43,576 nt of DNA from Desulfobacteria bacterium. Lineage in GTDB: Bacteria; Desulfobacterota; Desulfobacteria; Desulfobacterales; C00003060. The stretch is taken from the NCBI GenBank assembly GCA_041547605.1, contig JBFEUB010000003.1, positions 1 to 43,576 on the forward strand. The letters run 5' to 3'. Under the pieces are notes generated by a model that saw nothing but the letters and a program-made list of their open reading frames with translations, did not search any database and had not been told where the DNA came from. Position 1 is the first letter of the stretch. Every line of letters starts with the position of its first letter. Of the stretch, positions 40,589 to 43,576 are shown in pieces. A program made the position numbers and the translations under genes.

Positions 40589-41890
40589 CTATTTTGACTT
40601 AATCCACAGTAATCTCGCCACGTTGGGACCTGGATTTCTCCATTCACTCGGCATCTCAGAGGTCAGGTAGATCACATCCCCTGACCGCACGGTATAGGTG
40701 GCTTTACGAAGAGACATCTTGAGTTTCCCGGAAAGGAGGTAGCCCATCTCCTCCCCCTTATGGACGAAGAAGTGGGCTGGAAGGTCGCGATTGGGTTCTA
40801 TTTCAATGATGTAGGGTTCCATCTTTGCCTGAAAATCTGGCGGGGTTAAAAGGCTTCCGTCCACCGAACCTTTGGGTAAATCAGGGAACCCGACACTTAC
40901 GGCTTCAGCCGCGGGGAAAATGATCCGTTTTTCCAGCTCAACGGACTGTTCAAACAAAGAACTGATGTCAACGGAAAGGACTTCGGCCATCTTTAGTAAT
41001 GCTGGCAAAGACGGGTAGATAATGTTTGCTTCGACCTGGGAGACGGTGCTGGGTGTTACCCCCACCAGTTTTGCCAGTTCAGACTGCGATAAGCCGCGCT
41101 TAATCCGCAGTTCTTTGATACGAAGGCCCAGGTTCACGTGACCATGGCCATGCTTTTCCATATCAAAAGTGATCGTGAGGTCCTTGGTCCAGTACCGATG
41201 AGGTTCATCAATGTCCTCTGTGCCGCGATCTTCGGCCTTGAGGATCGTCAGTGCGGTGGTGCCCCTCTTTATGGAAAGGTCGATGGCCACCTGGGCAATC
41301 TGATTGATCTGGGCCCTGAGTGCCTCCGAATGCGCCAACTTTTCCATGATCCAATATGCAATCGTATCCAGCTCATAGAGCCGGGGGCAGGAGTGTGAAT
41401 AGAACTTGAGAATGGCCTGTTCGCCTCCCCAGATTTTCTGCATGCCAGTCAGGCTTTCGAATATTAGGCGGACATCGCTGTGCATGGTTTCCAGGAGACC
41501 GTAGAGGACACCCATGAAATGGTCTATGTCCCGGGGCCTCTCGACCAGCTGGACTTGGCAGACCTCTGGTTCCAGGTCAGGCTCTTCATAGAATTTCATA
41601 AAAACGGGGCTGCAGGCCCCCTTGCCACAGCTAAAACCGTCAAGGATGGTGAAGTCAGGGCTTTCAGCCAGGGGTCCTAATTTGTCAAGAAGATTTTTAG
41701 GGGAGCGGTCAAAGCTGATATAGATGACCGGCTTTTGTAGGGCCAAAGAAGTCTCCAAAAAGTTCAGACAAAATGCTGAAGCCAGATTGCCAGAATCATC
41801 GTGCCAGACCACATTGTCCCCAATGAAAAGACCTCCCAAAAGGCGATCCAAAAAGCTGACTCCAGAGCTAACGCGCGTTTTTTCTGACAC
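40589..41890 (-). CDS. Transcriptional regulator: KaiC/RecA-like domain + XRE HTH + cupin
   Basis: SSGVSFLDRLLGGL..GD (KaiC-like start), LGLRIKELR..GLSQSELA..VGVT.STVSQVE..PSL (XRE), HKGEEMGYLLSG..GDVIY (cupin). Confidence 0.85.
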   Translation of the reverse strand: MSEKTRVSSGVSFLDRLLGGLFIGDNVVWHDDSGNLASAFCLNFLETSLALQKPVIYISFDRSPKNLLDKLGPLAESPDFTILDGFSCGKGACSPVFMKFYEEPDLEPEVCQVQLVERPRDIDHFMGVLYGLLETMHSDVRLIFESLTGMQKIWGGEQAILKFYSHSCPRLYELDTIAYWIMEKLAHSEALRAQINQIAQVAIDLSIKRGTTALTILKAEDRGTEDIDEPHRYWTKDLTITFDMEKHGHGHVNLGLRIKELRIKRGLSQSELAKLVGVTPSTVSQVEANIIYPSLPALLKMAEVLSVDISSLFEQSVELEKRIIFPAAEAVSVGFPDLPKGSVDGSLLTPPDFQAKMEPYIIEIEPNRDLPAHFFVHKGEEMGYLLSGKLKMSLRKATYTVRSGDVIYLTSEMPSEWRNPGPNVARLLWIKSK

Positions 41891-41963
41891 TGGAATATAC
41901 CTTTATTGAGACGATGCCATCATTTCACGTCCCTTATTCCCCGTCCTGCAGAGTCCCTTTGTA

Positions 41964-41992
41964 AAGCTACTGGACTGGCCCGTAAGTGTCAA
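41964..41992 (-). promoter_or_regulatory. Possible sigma70 promoter of the XRE regulator
   Basis: Minus strand TTGACA-17 nt-TAGCTT. Confidence 0.4.
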
Positions 41993-42195
41993 GCCCAAAG
42001 GCCTTCAAAAACGCGTCCTGCGCTGCTCAAACCGTTCTAATGTTTACGCTTCGCTTCGCTAAGAACGCTATGCAATAATGGTGAAAAAGAGACTCCGTCG
42101 GAAGCCATAAGAGCTATATTCGCAATGAGACAACGGGACATTATTCTGAATACTCAGAATCACTATACAACCAATATTCAGCAACATGCCTCCGG

Positions 42196-42876
42196 CTATT
42201 GCTTACTGATGCTTATCTTTTTGTAGTCAGCCTGAGCAACGGACTCGGTATTGTCTGAGTCAGACATGAGCCCAATGGCCTGCACATGCTCGGGCTCATT
42301 GCCAAAGAGTCTCTTGTAATCTTCATAGACATTGACCTTTTCGGATACCCAAGTCCCTATGGGTGAACACTGGTTTTGCAAAACCACGATCTTGGTCTTG
42401 CTGTTGTATGGGCTCTCGGTGGTTGTTCCTATTGGGAGAGAAGCGCTCCACACATACTTTATGTTGTCTGGTCTGAAACGGCCCGGGAAGATCACATATA
42501 TGCCGGCTGCACTGTCACCCGTTTTCTTGTATCTCTCATCCCCACCCCTGGGGAGTTCAGAGACCCGCCACTGCCAGGAAAGGAAAGGATACGCCCCAAG
42601 GTCGTATTCAAGCTTCTTGGCTATGCTGATGCCTGAATTGACGGCCTTTGCTTCAAGATAGGTTTCCGTATCTGCTTTGACGCAGTAAACTTTTGAGGCG
42701 TCCCCACCCCGCGATTTCCATGCTTCCGGAAAGGTGCCGACCTTGAAACTGGAAAAGTCCTCAACGTTTATCACGTCACCAGGCTCATCACCCGCACGGA
42801 TCCCAAGGACCACAATCCACGTTACCAGAAAGAAAAATAAAAGGACCAGAGATTGTGAAAACCTCTTGTTTTGCAT
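42196..42876 (-). CDS. DUF3047-like exported protein
   Basis: N-terminal hydrophobic segment. PFLSWQWRV..LP.GGDE..K..D.AA.IYV.F, KYVWS, DYKRLFG, MSDSDNT. Confidence 0.75.
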   Translation of the reverse strand: MQNKRFSQSLVLLFFFLVTWIVVLGIRAGDEPGDVINVEDFSSFKVGTFPEAWKSRGGDASKVYCVKADTETYLEAKAVNSGISIAKKLEYDLGAYPFLSWQWRVSELPRGGDERYKKTGDSAAGIYVIFPGRFRPDNIKYVWSASLPIGTTTESPYNSKTKIVVLQNQCSPIGTWVSEKVNVYEDYKRLFGNEPEHVQAIGLMSDSDNTESVAQADYKKISISKQ

Positions 42877-42903
42877 ACTCACCTCTGCATCCTGCTAAAC
42901 CCG

Positions 42904-43575
42904 TTATTCTATATAGCCCTTTTGCACGAGTTCTTTAAGCGTGGGGATGCCGGCTCGTCCCCCCAGCTTTCGGCTAACCATAGCGGCCGACCAGGCGCCA
43001 AGGTCGAGGCTCTTTTCAACGTTCCACCCCTGAACAACCCCATACATGAAACCGGCATGAAAGACATCGCCACAACCCGTGGTATCGACGGCCTTCACTT
43101 TGTATGCAGGCCGTTCGATAGTCCGACCGTCTATTAGAGCCACATAACCTCTGTCACCCAGCGTAACCCCGACAACTCGCGGGCCGAATTCTGCCAGCTT
43201 ATAACAGGCTTCTACAGCCTTGTCATTTCCCACAAGCGCTTTTGCAAAGGCTTCAGAAGTCAGATAATAATCGCTCAAGCGAGCAAGTTCAAGCATGCCC
43301 TCTCGTAGCGAGCCCGCGTCTACAACGACCTGGACTCCAGCGACCCTTGCAGCCTTGCATGCAGCTATGGAGGCTTCAGGAAAGAGTCCATCCGTCAGCA
43401 ACACTCTGGCTTGGCGGATAATCGAGTAGTCGATCTCATCCGGGCTTGGTGGGGGTCCCGTGGGCCTTCGCCAAAAGATCGTTCGTCTCCCCAACTCCGG
43501 TTCAGCTACAATAAATGCAAACTGGGACTCATAACCTTTCCTGACAAGCGCACCGCTGGTGTCGATGCCTTCCCC
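42904..43575 (-). CDS. Partial (5' truncated) PfkB/ribokinase-family sugar kinase
   Basis: VVVDAG, VTLGDRG, AVDTTGCGDVFHAGF. The frame is open to the window end (GEGIDTSG...). Confidence 0.9.
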   Translation of the reverse strand, partial: GEGIDTSGALVRKGYESQFAFIVAEPELGRRTIFWRRPTGPPPSPDEIDYSIIRQARVLLTDGLFPEASIAACKAARVAGVQVVVDAGSLREGMLELARLSDYYLTSEAFAKALVGNDKAVEACYKLAEFGPRVVGVTLGDRGYVALIDGRTIERPAYKVKAVDTTGCGDVFHAGFMYGVVQGWNVEKSLDLGAWSAAMVSRKLGGRAGIPTLKELVQKGYIE

Positions 43576-43576
43576 G

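Overview
The window looks like a moderate-GC anaerobe genome; gene content suggests Desulfobacterota/deltaproteobacteria (inference). Bases 1-29 kb are an unusually dense nitrogen/glutamine cluster: a GltD-like oxidoreductase, hisH-hisF, carA-guaA-carB-purF, kdsB, a giant 1,250-aa GlmS-like protein, pyrG, a NifA-like sigma54 activator, glnA and nadE. A second block follows, with carB2, a PurF paralogue with a degenerate glutaminase site, a GAF-ANTAR regulator and a stand-alone FMN glutamate-synthase domain. That last gene sits behind a clear sigma70 promoter and a dual-hexaloop ANTAR antiterminator. Downstream and co-oriented (29.2-39.9 kb) is a gene set resembling the class II benzoyl-CoA reductase (Bam) electron-bifurcation machinery: BamC-like, selenocysteine HdrA, selenocysteine MvhD, HdrC-like and NuoE/F/G-like subunits. 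Its AOR-family subunit is not BamB-like and seems to have lost most tungstopterin/catalytic residues while keeping its 4Fe-4S ligands. The best candidate for a new system is an ANTAR-controlled, glutaminase-independent ammonium-assimilation module linked to a pseudo-AOR/Bam-like bifurcating complex. The window also holds a CTAG-flanked MITE-like palindrome, octamer-repeat hairpins and four minus-strand genes at the right end. All family comparisons are from remembered motifs; no searches were run.
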